NCBI GenBank assembly: GCA_900299405.1
Contig: OMJP01000025.1
Coordinates: 3,017-67,016 of the forward strand
Direction of reading: 5' to 3'
Length of the DNA: 64,000 nt
Origin: a bacterium
GTDB taxonomy: Bacteria; Patescibacteriota; Microgenomatia; UBA1400; PJMF01
A program made the position numbers and the translations under genes. Of the stretch, positions 48,363-57,805 are shown piece by piece; position 1 is the first letter of the stretch, and the number at the start of each line of letters is the position of its first letter. A model generated the notes under the pieces. It was not told where the DNA came from. It searched no databases and saw only the letters and a list, made by a program, of their open reading frames with translations.

Positions 48363-50003
48363 TTACCGCCACCCCATCTGTTCACCGATAGGAATTTCGT
48401 GCTCAAAATAGCCATTGAAAGAAGCAAAGCCCTTATCCATCCAGGTTTCGACAATCAAAATACCCACTCGAGTTCTTCTGACTCGAATGCGGTTTTCTTT
48501 GACCTTGTCATACCAGGGAGTAAATCTTTTCTCAGGAATCTCACGATCTGGTTCCAGAATTACATAAACCACCTCATGCTCTGGCAGTACCTGGGTATGA
48601 GGCACCTCCAGACTCAACTGCCTGGCTTTCCAGTGCATCACATAATCATACTGAGCTGTCTGGTAGTTCGGAGTAAAAGTAGCGACGCTACTGGGGAAAA
48701 CATAGCCCTTACCCTCGGTAAACTTCAAATCCTCCTGCCACCAATGAAGCACTGTGTAAGTAGCCTGCTCGATGGTCTGCAAACCAGCCTGGTTATCGAC
48801 CTCAACGATCGTGGAGTGATATTCCAGCCAAGAGGTATAAAACAGCGTAATTACCAGGATTAACTGAATAAACCACACCCGCTGTTTGGTGAACCATTTA
48901 TGGGTAGTTTTCAGAAACTCCGGCAGCTGCTTGATCCCCAAGACCAGCAAAGGCACCAAGAAAATAAAATGAGGAGCGAGATAATAACCAAAAAAGTGAC
49001 CATGATTTCCTCGCCACAACAAGAAACCCAAATAAGGAGCGACCGCAAATAAAGTCATTAACTGCCAGCGAAAGCTAGCGGTTTTGTCTTTGAGGAAATC
49101 TTTGTTTTTCCAGATATATTTGGCCGCCACCCCGATAGCGATCATCAGCACCAGACCAATCACGATCGTGGCTTTACTACTACCCAAAAACAAACTATTG
49201 GTGCTCCAAAAAAGCTGGGGAATTCTGTTCGATAAGAAATGAGTCCAGGTTTCTTTGGTGTCAGCAGTAGTGGTCAATCCTTGGAAAAGAAACTTTGACA
49301 TCAAAAACTGATTCCGAAGCTCAAAGGCCAACTGGGGAAGCAAAGTAATAAACACTCCCAAGCCACCCACTAAATAATCCCAGAAATTGAACCGCCCTCT
49401 GATCCAAGCGATTGCTAGATAGATCACCGGCACGATAAAAATCGCATAAGCAAACTCCGCCTGCAGGACTAAGCCCAGGAGGAAAAAGCCAACCAGCAAC
49501 CACCAGCGGGACTTACGAGCGTAATAAAGAGCCAGCAGCGCAGCCGTAATGATCGGAAATGCCAGCATCGGACTCAAGACAAACACACTGCCCCAAACAC
49601 TGCCGGGAATAAAAGCCAGCAGTAAGAAAGTCAGCCAGCGCCAACGGTTGTCTTTTTCATCAGGAAATAGCAATTTGCTCAGCCAATAAAATAGGGGAAT
49701 AGCCAGCGTAGCAGTAAAAATATACCAAGCAATCAAGCCATAGGGATTGCCGCCAAAAAGCAGGTTTCCTGGCACGCCAGCATAAAACCACAACGGGCCA
49801 ATAAAAAACCCCTGTAAGCCGCTGGTGGGGCCAATTAATGTGAGGTCACCCTCTACGATTTTCTGAATCTCCTGAGCGTCGCGGCCGTTGTCGTAAGTAA
49901 AATAAGAAACTTCCTGGAAATTATAAAAGCGAATCAAAATGGCAAAAAGGATGATGAGAATGGGCCAGCGGTGAGTGGAAATGAAGTTGATGATGCGCTG
50001 CAT
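48363..50003 (-). CDS. GT-C fold membrane glycosyltransferase (GT39/GT83 PMT/ArnT-like)
   Basis: ~13 TM helices; first-loop YFTYDNGRDA resembling the DE motif region of ArnT/PMT enzymes. Confidence 0.55.
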   Translation of the reverse strand: MQRIINFISTHRWPILIILFAILIRFYNFQEVSYFTYDNGRDAQEIQKIVEGDLTLIGPTSGLQGFFIGPLWFYAGVPGNLLFGGNPYGLIAWYIFTATLAIPLFYWLSKLLFPDEKDNRWRWLTFLLLAFIPGSVWGSVFVLSPMLAFPIITAALLALYYARKSRWWLLVGFFLLGLVLQAEFAYAIFIVPVIYLAIAWIRGRFNFWDYLVGGLGVFITLLPQLAFELRNQFLMSKFLFQGLTTTADTKETWTHFLSNRIPQLFWSTNSLFLGSSKATIVIGLVLMIAIGVAAKYIWKNKDFLKDKTASFRWQLMTLFAVAPYLGFLLWRGNHGHFFGYYLAPHFIFLVPLLVLGIKQLPEFLKTTHKWFTKQRVWFIQLILVITLFYTSWLEYHSTIVEVDNQAGLQTIEQATYTVLHWWQEDLKFTEGKGYVFPSSVATFTPNYQTAQYDYVMHWKARQLSLEVPHTQVLPEHEVVYVILEPDREIPEKRFTPWYDKVKENRIRVRRTRVGILIVETWMDKGFASFNGYFEHEIPIGEQMGWR

Positions 50004-50027
50004 AAAACAAAGTATAACCTAATTTGT

Positions 50028-50109
50028 GCCCAGGAGAGGGGTCGAACCTCCAAGGATTGCTCCACACGGTCCTAAGCCGTGCGCGTCTACCAGTTCCGCC
50101 ACCTGGGCA
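50028..50109 (-). tRNA. tRNA-Leu (TAG)
   Basis: Type II tRNA; anticodon loop CUUAGGA; long variable arm. Confidence 0.8.
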
Positions 50110-50155
50110 AGGCAGTTAATTATACCGCCTTCTTTATGATAGAGTAGGTGAGGTT

Positions 50156-50560
50156 ATGCAAAGCGAAAATAGTAGTTTTTCTCAAGTATTTACCAAAGTG
50201 GGCTATTGGCTCAATGAAGTAGTGTTTTGGGGTTTGGTTGTACAAGCTCTCTGGGCCACTTATCAATCGATCAAAATCATTTTCATCAATCTCCCCACCG
50301 GCGAAGCTCAGCTAGCTGCAGGAACCGCGGGACAGGCAGAGCTAAACCTACTGGTCAACGACGCCATTTTGTCAGTCATTTCCAGCATCATCAGTATTTT
50401 GGTCGCCACTTGGTTCGGCAGGAGACGAAGCCAGGGAAACCAAATGTGGGAAACTGCTCTGGGGGTTGTGGCGGTGCTGTTCAATCTTTGGCTCAACCAA
50501 TATCTGCAAAACCAGAGCTCTGCTCAGCTGATCGAACCGCTGATCGAAACCATTCTCTAA
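50156..50560 (+). CDS. hypothetical membrane protein
   Basis: ORF with three or four hydrophobic segments. Confidence 0.4.
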   Translation: MQSENSSFSQVFTKVGYWLNEVVFWGLVVQALWATYQSIKIIFINLPTGEAQLAAGTAGQAELNLLVNDAILSVISSIISILVATWFGRRRSQGNQMWETALGVVAVLFNLWLNQYLQNQSSAQLIEPLIETIL

Positions 50561-50561
50561 T

Positions 50562-51221
50562 ATGGACTACCAACTGCGTACTCATCCGCGAGCCAAAAAA
50601 ATCACGCTGCGTTTGGATAAAAATGGCCAACCAATCGTCACCGTTCCACACTTCACCCCCAAAATTCTAGTCAATAAATTCGTCGCCAAAAACCAAGGCT
50701 GGATCGATAAACACCGACAGCAACTGACAGCAGGTAAAGACAAGTTTAATTCCGATAAACAATTGATGATCTTTGGCAGAAGCTATCAAAAAGAAATTAC
50801 TATCGACAGCAACCAGCCTTCAAAAGTCTTGATTGGTAAAAATAAAGTGCTGATCAATTTACACAGCGACAATACCGACCAAAACCAAGTGGTTGAAAAG
50901 TTTCTCAAAAATACTGCCATTCATTATCTGACTACCAAAACCAACCAACTGGCGAAAAAAATGAAGGTCAAATTCAGCAAGCTTTCCTTCCGAGCTCAAA
51001 CCACCAGGTGGGGCAGCTGCAGCAGCAAAGGAGCCCTAAGTTTCAACTGGAAGTTGGTTCATTTTCCTCCAGAGGTAATCGACTATGTCATTATTCATGA
51101 GCTGGCACACCTAGAACACCTCAATCATTCGGCAGATTTTTGGCAGCTGGTGGCCAAGTTCTGTCCAGAGCACAAGCTTCACCAAGGTTGGCTGAAAAGA
51201 CAGGGAATCGGCGTTCACTGA
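50562..51221 (+). CDS. YgjP-like metal-dependent hydrolase (DUF45 / M48-like)
   Basis: HELAHLEHLNHS zinc-binding motif near C-terminus. Confidence 0.75.
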   Translation: MDYQLRTHPRAKKITLRLDKNGQPIVTVPHFTPKILVNKFVAKNQGWIDKHRQQLTAGKDKFNSDKQLMIFGRSYQKEITIDSNQPSKVLIGKNKVLINLHSDNTDQNQVVEKFLKNTAIHYLTTKTNQLAKKMKVKFSKLSFRAQTTRWGSCSSKGALSFNWKLVHFPPEVIDYVIIHELAHLEHLNHSADFWQLVAKFCPEHKLHQGWLKRQGIGVH

Positions 51222-51248
51222 AATGACTACTAATGATATTATCTGCTC

Positions 51249-51926
51249 ATGATCATTCTGCATGGCGAAAACTTAGTGAAGTCCCGCAACAAATTGGTCA
51301 AAATCATCGAAGAGGCTAAGCAAGCTGGTAAAGAGGTCGAAAGACTATCAGCCAAACAACTAGATCCAGCGGGCCTAGAAACTGCGCTGCAGAAAACCTC
51401 CTTATTTGGCACTGAGCAGCTAGTGGTCATCGAAGAACTACATTCCCTGCCGCGCTCCAAAAAGAAAAACCAACTGATAGAAATCGTCCAGGACGCCAAC
51501 GTCGAAGTATTGCTGTGGGAAAAACGCGATTTGACCAAAACCATGCTCAAACAGTTCCCCAAAGCTGAGGTCGAGCATTTCAAAATCACCAACAGTCTTT
51601 TCAACTGGCTCGATAGTTTTAGCCCTCGAACCGACACCAAAAAACAGCTCCAGCTGCTGCAAGACGCTCAGCAAACCAATGGCGAACAGATGTGTTTTGT
51701 GATGCTCGCTAGGCAGGTGCGGCTAATGATTCAGATCAGTGACGGCGGCAGACCAGCCGGACCGCCATTCGTGATCAGCAAGCTTCAAAAACAAGCTCAG
51801 GACTTCACTATGGAGCAGCTGCTCAAAATCCACGAAAAACTTTTCCAGCTGGACATAGCCAGCAAAACTTCCCAAAATCTCATGACGCTCGGTCAGGAGC
51901 TTGATCTTTTAATCATAAATTTGTAG
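51249..51926 (+). CDS. holA: DNA polymerase III delta subunit-like
   Basis: Short clamp-loader delta-like pattern (SLFGTEQLVVIEE..., helical C-terminal domain); weak similarity. Confidence 0.5.
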   Translation: MIILHGENLVKSRNKLVKIIEEAKQAGKEVERLSAKQLDPAGLETALQKTSLFGTEQLVVIEELHSLPRSKKKNQLIEIVQDANVEVLLWEKRDLTKTMLKQFPKAEVEHFKITNSLFNWLDSFSPRTDTKKQLQLLQDAQQTNGEQMCFVMLARQVRLMIQISDGGRPAGPPFVISKLQKQAQDFTMEQLLKIHEKLFQLDIASKTSQNLMTLGQELDLLIINL

Positions 51927-51958
51927 AGTTAATAAGCACTTTAAAGAAAGGTAAATCT

Positions 51959-53317
51959 ATGCCAGTCAAAGTTGATCCCGGAATTTTCAAAGCCTACGAC
52001 ATTCGTGGGGTGTATGGTGAAACCCTCAATGAAGAAATTGCCCAAGCAGTCGGCAAGGCTTTCCCCAAAGTAGTTGAAACAAAAGAAATCATCGTCGGCC
52101 AAGACGGTCGGGTATCCAGTCCTTCTCTAACCAAAGCTCTAATCGAAGGCCTTACTTCTGTGGGAGTAAATGTGATTGATGTAGGCCGAGTTTCGACCGA
52201 CATGTACTACTATGCCTGTGCCACCAAAGAGCTTCCCGGCATCATGGTCACTGCCAGCCATAATCCTAAAGAATATAACGGTTTCAAGATGGTAAAGAAA
52301 ATTCCTCAGTTACTTTCTGGTGACGAAGGAATTCAGGACATTCGCCAAGCAATCGAAAATGACGACTACCCAGCTGCCAGTGAAACTCCAGGAACGGTAG
52401 AAAAATGGGAGATTATGGATGGCTTTATCGAGAAAATTGCCTCACTAGTCGATCTATCACAACTCAAACCCATGAAAGTGATTGCTGATACCGCCAACGG
52501 CATGGTTGGCCCCTCACTGGTCGAGCTTTTCAAAAAAATCCCCCAGGTAGAACTCACACCAATGTATTTCGAGGTCGACGGCACTTTTCCCAACCACGGT
52601 GGTGATCCACTGCAAGAAGAAAACCGTCGCGAACTGATGGAGCGGGTGGCCAACGAGGGCTATGATTTGGGTTTTGCTTTTGACCCTGATGGCGATCGCT
52701 TCTTTTGTATCGACAATCGAGGCAAGTTCGTTTCAGGAGATTTTATGACCGCTATTCTTGCCTCTTACTTTTTAGACCGCTTTCCTGGATCGACCATCAT
52801 TTACGACATTCGCGCCTCACTAGCAGTAAAAGATACTGTCGAAGCCAAGGGCGGTAAACCATCCTACAACCGCGTGGGTCACTCATACATCAAAAAATCA
52901 ATGCAGGACCAAGACGCCATTTTTGCCGGAGAAGTCACTGGCCACTATTATTTTGCAGATTTCTATGGCTGTGATTCTGGTTTGGCCCCCATGGTTTACT
53001 TGATGGACTTGTTGTCCAAAGAGGGCAAGTCTTTGGCCGAGATTCTCGATCAGTACGAGAGTAAATATCATATTTCAGGAGAGATCAACAGCAAGGTCGC
53101 AGATGTGCAGGCCACTATCGCGGCCATCAAAGAAAAATACGCACCAGACGCCAATGAGGTCATCGAAATCGACGGCATCACTTGCGAGATGGGCGACTGG
53201 CGTTTCAATGTTCGCGGCTCAAACACGGAGCCTTTGATTCGCCTCAATCTCGAAGCCAATTCTCCACAGCTAATGGCCGAAAAAAGAGATGAAGTATTAG
53301 CAATGATTCGCTCATAA
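51959..53317 (+). CDS. phosphoglucomutase/phosphomannomutase
   Basis: Active-site TASHNPKEYNGFK; Mg loop FDPDGDR; sugar-binding GEVTGHYYF. Confidence 0.85.
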   Translation: MPVKVDPGIFKAYDIRGVYGETLNEEIAQAVGKAFPKVVETKEIIVGQDGRVSSPSLTKALIEGLTSVGVNVIDVGRVSTDMYYYACATKELPGIMVTASHNPKEYNGFKMVKKIPQLLSGDEGIQDIRQAIENDDYPAASETPGTVEKWEIMDGFIEKIASLVDLSQLKPMKVIADTANGMVGPSLVELFKKIPQVELTPMYFEVDGTFPNHGGDPLQEENRRELMERVANEGYDLGFAFDPDGDRFFCIDNRGKFVSGDFMTAILASYFLDRFPGSTIIYDIRASLAVKDTVEAKGGKPSYNRVGHSYIKKSMQDQDAIFAGEVTGHYYFADFYGCDSGLAPMVYLMDLLSKEGKSLAEILDQYESKYHISGEINSKVADVQATIAAIKEKYAPDANEVIEIDGITCEMGDWRFNVRGSNTEPLIRLNLEANSPQLMAEKRDEVLAMIRS

Positions 53318-53325
53318 GGATTTTT

Positions 53326-54414
53326 ATGACTCAATCAAACACCAATATTCTGGATTCACGAGAAGAGATCGCTAAGCTGGACGAATCTAATGTGCTCGGT
53401 TCGATCGAAGCGCTGGCGGATCAAGTGCGGCATGCCTGGGAAACTACTCAGGCTCTGGAGTTCGAGCTCGATGATGACATCGACAACGTGGTGATCGCAG
53501 GCATGGGCGGTTCAGCCTTGGGACCAGATGTTTTCAAACATTTATTCGTCGATCGGCTGGAAGTACCTTTCGAGATTTACAACGGCTATGATTTGCCCGC
53601 CTATGTGGACGATGAAACTTTGGTAGTACTCTCCAGCTACTCAGGCACCACGGAGGAGGTTTTGAGCTGTGCTACCCAGGCCAAAGAAGCTGGCGCACAG
53701 GTAATGGTGATTGCTGCTGGCGGTAAACTGGCAGAAATTGCCGAGCAGGAAAACTATCCTATCTACCGCATTGATCCTGTCCACAATCCCTCTAACCAGC
53801 CAAGAATGGCAATCGGCTACGCTATCGCTGGACTGATTGGTCTGCTGGTCAAAGCCGGACTGGTCACTATCAGCCAGACAGAAATCGAAGAAGTCATCAA
53901 TACCATCATCGCTACTAGCGAAAAACTTTCGCCAGAAACTTCACAGGAAGAAAACAAGGCAAAACTTTTGGCCTTCAGCACCATTGAGCGGCGGCCAATC
54001 TTGGTAGCTAGTGAGTTTTTGGTTGGTGCGGTACACACTGCCACCAACCAGTTCAACGAAAACGCAAAGATTTTTGCTGATTACAAAGTAGTTCCCGAAC
54101 TCAATCATCACCTGATGGAAGGCCTGCAATTTCCCAAAAGCAACGACGGATCTCATTTCTTTATCTTCTTCCGTTCAAATCTTTACCAGCCCAGAAATCA
54201 AAAGCGGATCAAGCTCACCCAGGAAGTAGTAGAGAAAAACGACATCGAAACCATGTATATCGAGTTACGCTCACCCAGTAAGCTCACTCAAGCTTTCGAG
54301 GTAATTGCCTTGATGGCCTACACCAATTTCTATGTAGCCATGCTGGAGGGCATCAACCCAGCACCAATTCCTTTTGTGGATTGGTTTAAAGATGAACTAG
54401 GAAAAGAAAAGTAA
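53326..54414 (+). CDS. bifunctional phosphoglucose/phosphomannose isomerase (SIS-domain, archaeal-type PGI/PMI)
   Basis: Two SIS domains (VVIAGMGGSALG; VLSSYSGTTEE). Confidence 0.75.
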   Translation: MTQSNTNILDSREEIAKLDESNVLGSIEALADQVRHAWETTQALEFELDDDIDNVVIAGMGGSALGPDVFKHLFVDRLEVPFEIYNGYDLPAYVDDETLVVLSSYSGTTEEVLSCATQAKEAGAQVMVIAAGGKLAEIAEQENYPIYRIDPVHNPSNQPRMAIGYAIAGLIGLLVKAGLVTISQTEIEEVINTIIATSEKLSPETSQEENKAKLLAFSTIERRPILVASEFLVGAVHTATNQFNENAKIFADYKVVPELNHHLMEGLQFPKSNDGSHFFIFFRSNLYQPRNQKRIKLTQEVVEKNDIETMYIELRSPSKLTQAFEVIALMAYTNFYVAMLEGINPAPIPFVDWFKDELGKEK

Positions 54415-54433
54415 AAACCGCTATAGTGTAACT

Positions 54434-56398
54434 ATGCCTGCCATCAAAAGCCTGCGCGCTAAAGAAATTCTCGACGCTCAAGGCAACCCTGCTCTGCATT
54501 TAGCTTTGTGGGTTGATTCCGGAGAAGTAGTCGAGACCAGCATCCCCAACGGCATTCGTCACTATCCTACTCAAGCCAACAATCTTTATGATCAGGACCC
54601 GCACCACATGGGTGGCAAAGGGGTACAAAAAGCAGTTTTGCTGATCAATCAGACCCTGGCACCGCAAATCGTCGGCCAAGATCCTACTCAACAAGAACAA
54701 ATAGACCAGTTGTTGCTAAAACTGGACGGCACCAATAATAAGGCTCAAGTCGGTGCCAACTCGATGACCGCAATCTCCCAAGCTGTCCTGAAAGCTGGAG
54801 CAGCGGTGTCTGGCCTGCAGCCTTACGACTACATTGCCCAAAAATACCAACTGACGGATCATTTCCAGATTCCTGTCTGTCTTTATGGCTTGGTAAATGG
54901 GGGACAGTATGGCGCTGGCAATCTGGATATCCAAGAGTTTTTAATCATTCCCGCCAGTCACAGCGATTTCCGAGTTTCTTTGGAGATCGAAAGTGCCATC
55001 AAAAACGAATTGCAAAAAGTACTGAAAGAAAAAGGTGCCAACTACGCCACTGGTGAACTGGGTGGGTTCGCGCCATTTTTACAAAAAAATACCGACGTTT
55101 TTGAGTTTATTGTCGAGGCTGCCCGAAAAACTCCTTACATTTTGGCCAGAGATTTCTTTTTCGGCATCGACGCTGGTGCCAGCCAGCTGCAGGATAAAGG
55201 TAAATATACTCTCAAGGACAAAAACAATGGCCTAACCAGTAGCGAACTACGCGAGTACTACAAGGATCTGCAAAAAAACTACAGCCTGACTTATTTTGAA
55301 GATCCCTTCATCGCCAAAGACGCTCAGGAGTGGCAACAACTGACCGCCGAACTGGGACAGGCAGCCAGGATTGCTAGTGATATTCCTACCGCCAGCAACC
55401 CACAGTTGGTTCAGCAAGCAGTCGCTCAGCAAACCGCCAATACCCTGGTAGTAAAGCCCAGCCAGATCGGCACTTTGACAGAAACGTTTTCAGCAGTCAG
55501 AATAGCTAGAGAAGCTGGATGGAATATCGTCGTTTCCCAACGCACCGGAGAAACCAATGACGATTTCCTGGCAGATTTCGCGGTCGGTATTGGTGCCGAG
55601 TTTATCAAACTAGGACCAGTCAGCCGAGGTGAGTCAGTCGCCAAATACAATCGTTTGGCAGATATCTATCTGGCATTAGAAAATAATAATCAGGAAGGAA
55701 CAGCAATGTCCGAACCAACCCAAACCAATATCCCTCAGCCCACTGATGCTCCCGCAGCTGACGCTGCCCCAGATCAGAACCAAGCTCAGAATCAAAATCA
55801 AGGTCAAGCTTCAGCAGCCCAGCCTCAAGCACCTGTAGATGATGCTTTGAAGCCGCCGGCATCCTCAGGGCAACCAGCCCAACCAAGCCAACCGGCCCAG
55901 CCAGCAACTAACCAACAGCCAACTGGCGGACAAACTCCTGCTCCCACCAGCCAGCCCTCGATCAATGATGAAGTCAGCTTGGCAGGAACTGCAGGCAACA
56001 ATCCCACAACCAATCCGGAACCAGACATTAATCCCTCTGGGAATCCAGCCGTAAATCCTGCGGCGGGTTCGCAACCTGTTGTCAATCAACCGGCTGCAAA
56101 TCAACCAGCTCAAGCAGGTGAGGCCCAGATGCCTTCTCCAACCGAAGCGCCCATCAACACTCCACCAGCAGCAGCGCCTATGGCGCCAGTTCAAGGAGGG
56201 GAGACACAAAACAATCCGGCACAACCCTCAGCAGATGAAGAACAAGCCTCAGCCGCTGACACTCAAAAAGCAATTGATAGCACTTTGGAGGAAATTGGTG
56301 CGCAACCAAACGCTGGAGCTGCCGCTAGCACTCCTCAGCCAATGGCAACAGAGCAGTCAGCTGCCGATTCCAGTCAGCCCGCCGTTGAAAACAACTAA
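54434..56398 (+). CDS. eno: enolase homolog with ~220-aa Pro/Gln/Ala/Asn-rich C-terminal tail
   Basis: Co-linear with enolase over ~430 aa (LRAKEILDAQGNPAL..., KPSQIGTLTE, EFIKLGPVSRGESVAKYNRL); low-complexity tail from ~55730. Confidence 0.8.
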   Translation: MPAIKSLRAKEILDAQGNPALHLALWVDSGEVVETSIPNGIRHYPTQANNLYDQDPHHMGGKGVQKAVLLINQTLAPQIVGQDPTQQEQIDQLLLKLDGTNNKAQVGANSMTAISQAVLKAGAAVSGLQPYDYIAQKYQLTDHFQIPVCLYGLVNGGQYGAGNLDIQEFLIIPASHSDFRVSLEIESAIKNELQKVLKEKGANYATGELGGFAPFLQKNTDVFEFIVEAARKTPYILARDFFFGIDAGASQLQDKGKYTLKDKNNGLTSSELREYYKDLQKNYSLTYFEDPFIAKDAQEWQQLTAELGQAARIASDIPTASNPQLVQQAVAQQTANTLVVKPSQIGTLTETFSAVRIAREAGWNIVVSQRTGETNDDFLADFAVGIGAEFIKLGPVSRGESVAKYNRLADIYLALENNNQEGTAMSEPTQTNIPQPTDAPAADAAPDQNQAQNQNQGQASAAQPQAPVDDALKPPASSGQPAQPSQPAQPATNQQPTGGQTPAPTSQPSINDEVSLAGTAGNNPTTNPEPDINPSGNPAVNPAAGSQPVVNQPAANQPAQAGEAQMPSPTEAPINTPPAAAPMAPVQGGETQNNPAQPSADEEQASAADTQKAIDSTLEEIGAQPNAGAAASTPQPMATEQSAADSSQPAVENN

Positions 56399-56529
56399 AA
56401 TTGTTCAGCCGCAGTTAACCCGAACTCAAGCTAAGGTAAATTTAGTGTTTTTGATATCTTTTGGTATATAAAGATATTGTTGCTCTTCGGGCTTTCCTTG
56501 CATATACTCTGGGTAATATTTGGGATTTA

Positions 56530-56551
56530 TTTGGTTATTTTTTGAACCAAA
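56530..56551 (+). promoter_or_regulatory. candidate LexA operator: perfect palindrome TTTGGTT-N8-AACCAAA
   Basis: 7-bp inverted arms with 8-nt spacer, 37 nt upstream of the lexA ATG. Confidence 0.35.
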
Positions 56552-56587
56552 TTAACAAAAGAGTAATAAATTTAGCAAAGGAAACTC

Positions 56588-57208
56588 ATGGCAGTCACCC
56601 TCTACAAACGTCAACGCCAGATCGTTGATTACATCGCTCAGTATATTCAAAAAAATGGATTTTCCCCAACCTTGAAGGAAATTGCTAAGGCCATCGGAGT
56701 TTCTTCCTTAGCTACTGTTCACGAACATCTCCAGGCTTTGGAAAGAAAAAATGTCATCAAGCGCCACGAAGGAACAGTGCGTGGGATCGAAATGGTTGAT
56801 CGCACCTTCCTTAGAGTAACTGACAGTATTGATCTACCCATCTTGGGCTTTATCGCTGCCGGCTCACCAATCGAGCCTTACACCGATGACGAAGCTACTT
56901 TCAAAGTTTCTCCAGAAATGGTCAGTGCCAAAAAACGTTCCTACATCTTGCAGGTCAAAGGTCAATCAATGATCGAAGACCACATCGATGATGGCGACTA
57001 CGTGGTGATCGAAGAAACCCAGGACGTGAACAACGGCGATATTGTGGTGGCCTTGCTAGACAACGGCTTGGCAACCCTAAAACGCTTCTACAAAGAAGTC
57101 ACTCGTGTCAGACTGGAGCCAGCCAACTCTACTATGAGTCCGATATATGCTACCAATGTCCAGATTCAGGGCAGGGTAGTGGGCTTGATTCGCAAGTTCC
57201 GCTATTAG
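56588..57208 (+). CDS. lexA: LexA repressor
   Basis: wHTH N-terminus; AAG cleavage site; GQSM serine and LKRF lysine of the S24 domain. Confidence 0.85.
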   Translation: MAVTLYKRQRQIVDYIAQYIQKNGFSPTLKEIAKAIGVSSLATVHEHLQALERKNVIKRHEGTVRGIEMVDRTFLRVTDSIDLPILGFIAAGSPIEPYTDDEATFKVSPEMVSAKKRSYILQVKGQSMIEDHIDDGDYVVIEETQDVNNGDIVVALLDNGLATLKRFYKEVTRVRLEPANSTMSPIYATNVQIQGRVVGLIRKFRY

Positions 57209-57756
57209 GCACTTTGAAAATATTGTTCTTTGTTACCGACGGTTTGATTCACAAAACAGCGCAGTACGTACAGATAGTCTGACAGTCTGTTAATCAATTT
57301 CATGTTTTGTACAGAAATTGTTCGTTTTTCTTTTAAAGACACCATTCTTCGCTCCAATCTGCGACACACTGATCTGGTAATATCCAGTTGCGCAGCGATT
57401 TCGTGACCTCCGGGAAGCACAAATTGGTGGTGCCAGTTTTTAGCCATTTGCTGCTGTAGTTCTGTTGATTTTTTTTCCAAGTTGCTAAGCAATTTTTTAT
57501 CGACCTCAACTTTTGCCCCGACGATGTTGCCACCCAAATTGAATAATTCGTGCTGAATAGTTTCTAAAAACTTCACCTGCTTGCTGAGTTCTTTGTTATC
57601 CAATTTTTTCAACCAGCTGACTGTCAGACCCAAGTGTGAATTAAGCTCATCGATCATACCTACTACTTCAAAAACCAAATCGTCTTTGGGCAAACGAGTG
57701 CCGTCAGCCAAAGAAGTTTCACCTTTATCGCCGGTTTTGGTAGAGACATTGAGCAT
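57205..57756 (-). CDS. ATP:cob(I)alamin adenosyltransferase (PduO-type / MMAB family)
   Basis: TKTGDKGETSLADGTRLPKDDLVFEVVGMIDELNSHLG N-terminus; 4-nt convergent overlap with lexA. Confidence 0.8.
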   Translation of the reverse strand: MLNVSTKTGDKGETSLADGTRLPKDDLVFEVVGMIDELNSHLGLTVSWLKKLDNKELSKQVKFLETIQHELFNLGGNIVGAKVEVDKKLLSNLEKKSTELQQQMAKNWHHQFVLPGGHEIAAQLDITRSVCRRLERRMVSLKEKRTISVQNMKLINRLSDYLYVLRCFVNQTVGNKEQYFQSA

Positions 57757-57805
57757 CGGATTAGTTCATTGTAACCCATCTCTTTTGCTGGTAGAATTTG
57801 ACCCC

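Noticed and set aside
55620-56224. Minus-strand ORFs (86-119 aa) opposite the enolase tail
   Set aside because: Antisense low-complexity frames inside a well-supported plus-strand CDS.
55700-56400. Short repeated units (ccagcc / caacc / ccggc) that could be mistaken for a repeat array
   Set aside because: These are codon-level repeats encoding the P/Q/A tail of enolase. There is no repeat-spacer periodicity and no cas genes, so this is not a CRISPR array.
56453-56477. AT-rich hairpin GATATCTTT-N7-AAAGATAT after the enolase stop
   Set aside because: It could be a weak eno terminator, but there is no T-run and the stem is AT-only. Evidence is too weak to call.
57581-57805. ORF-track N-terminus of pyrG and the 61724 start of miaB
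   Set aside because: The pyrG N-terminus overlaps the converging adenosyltransferase gene, and the miaB start at 61724 overlaps tRNA-Cys. Neither aligns to its family, so the downstream starts were chosen.
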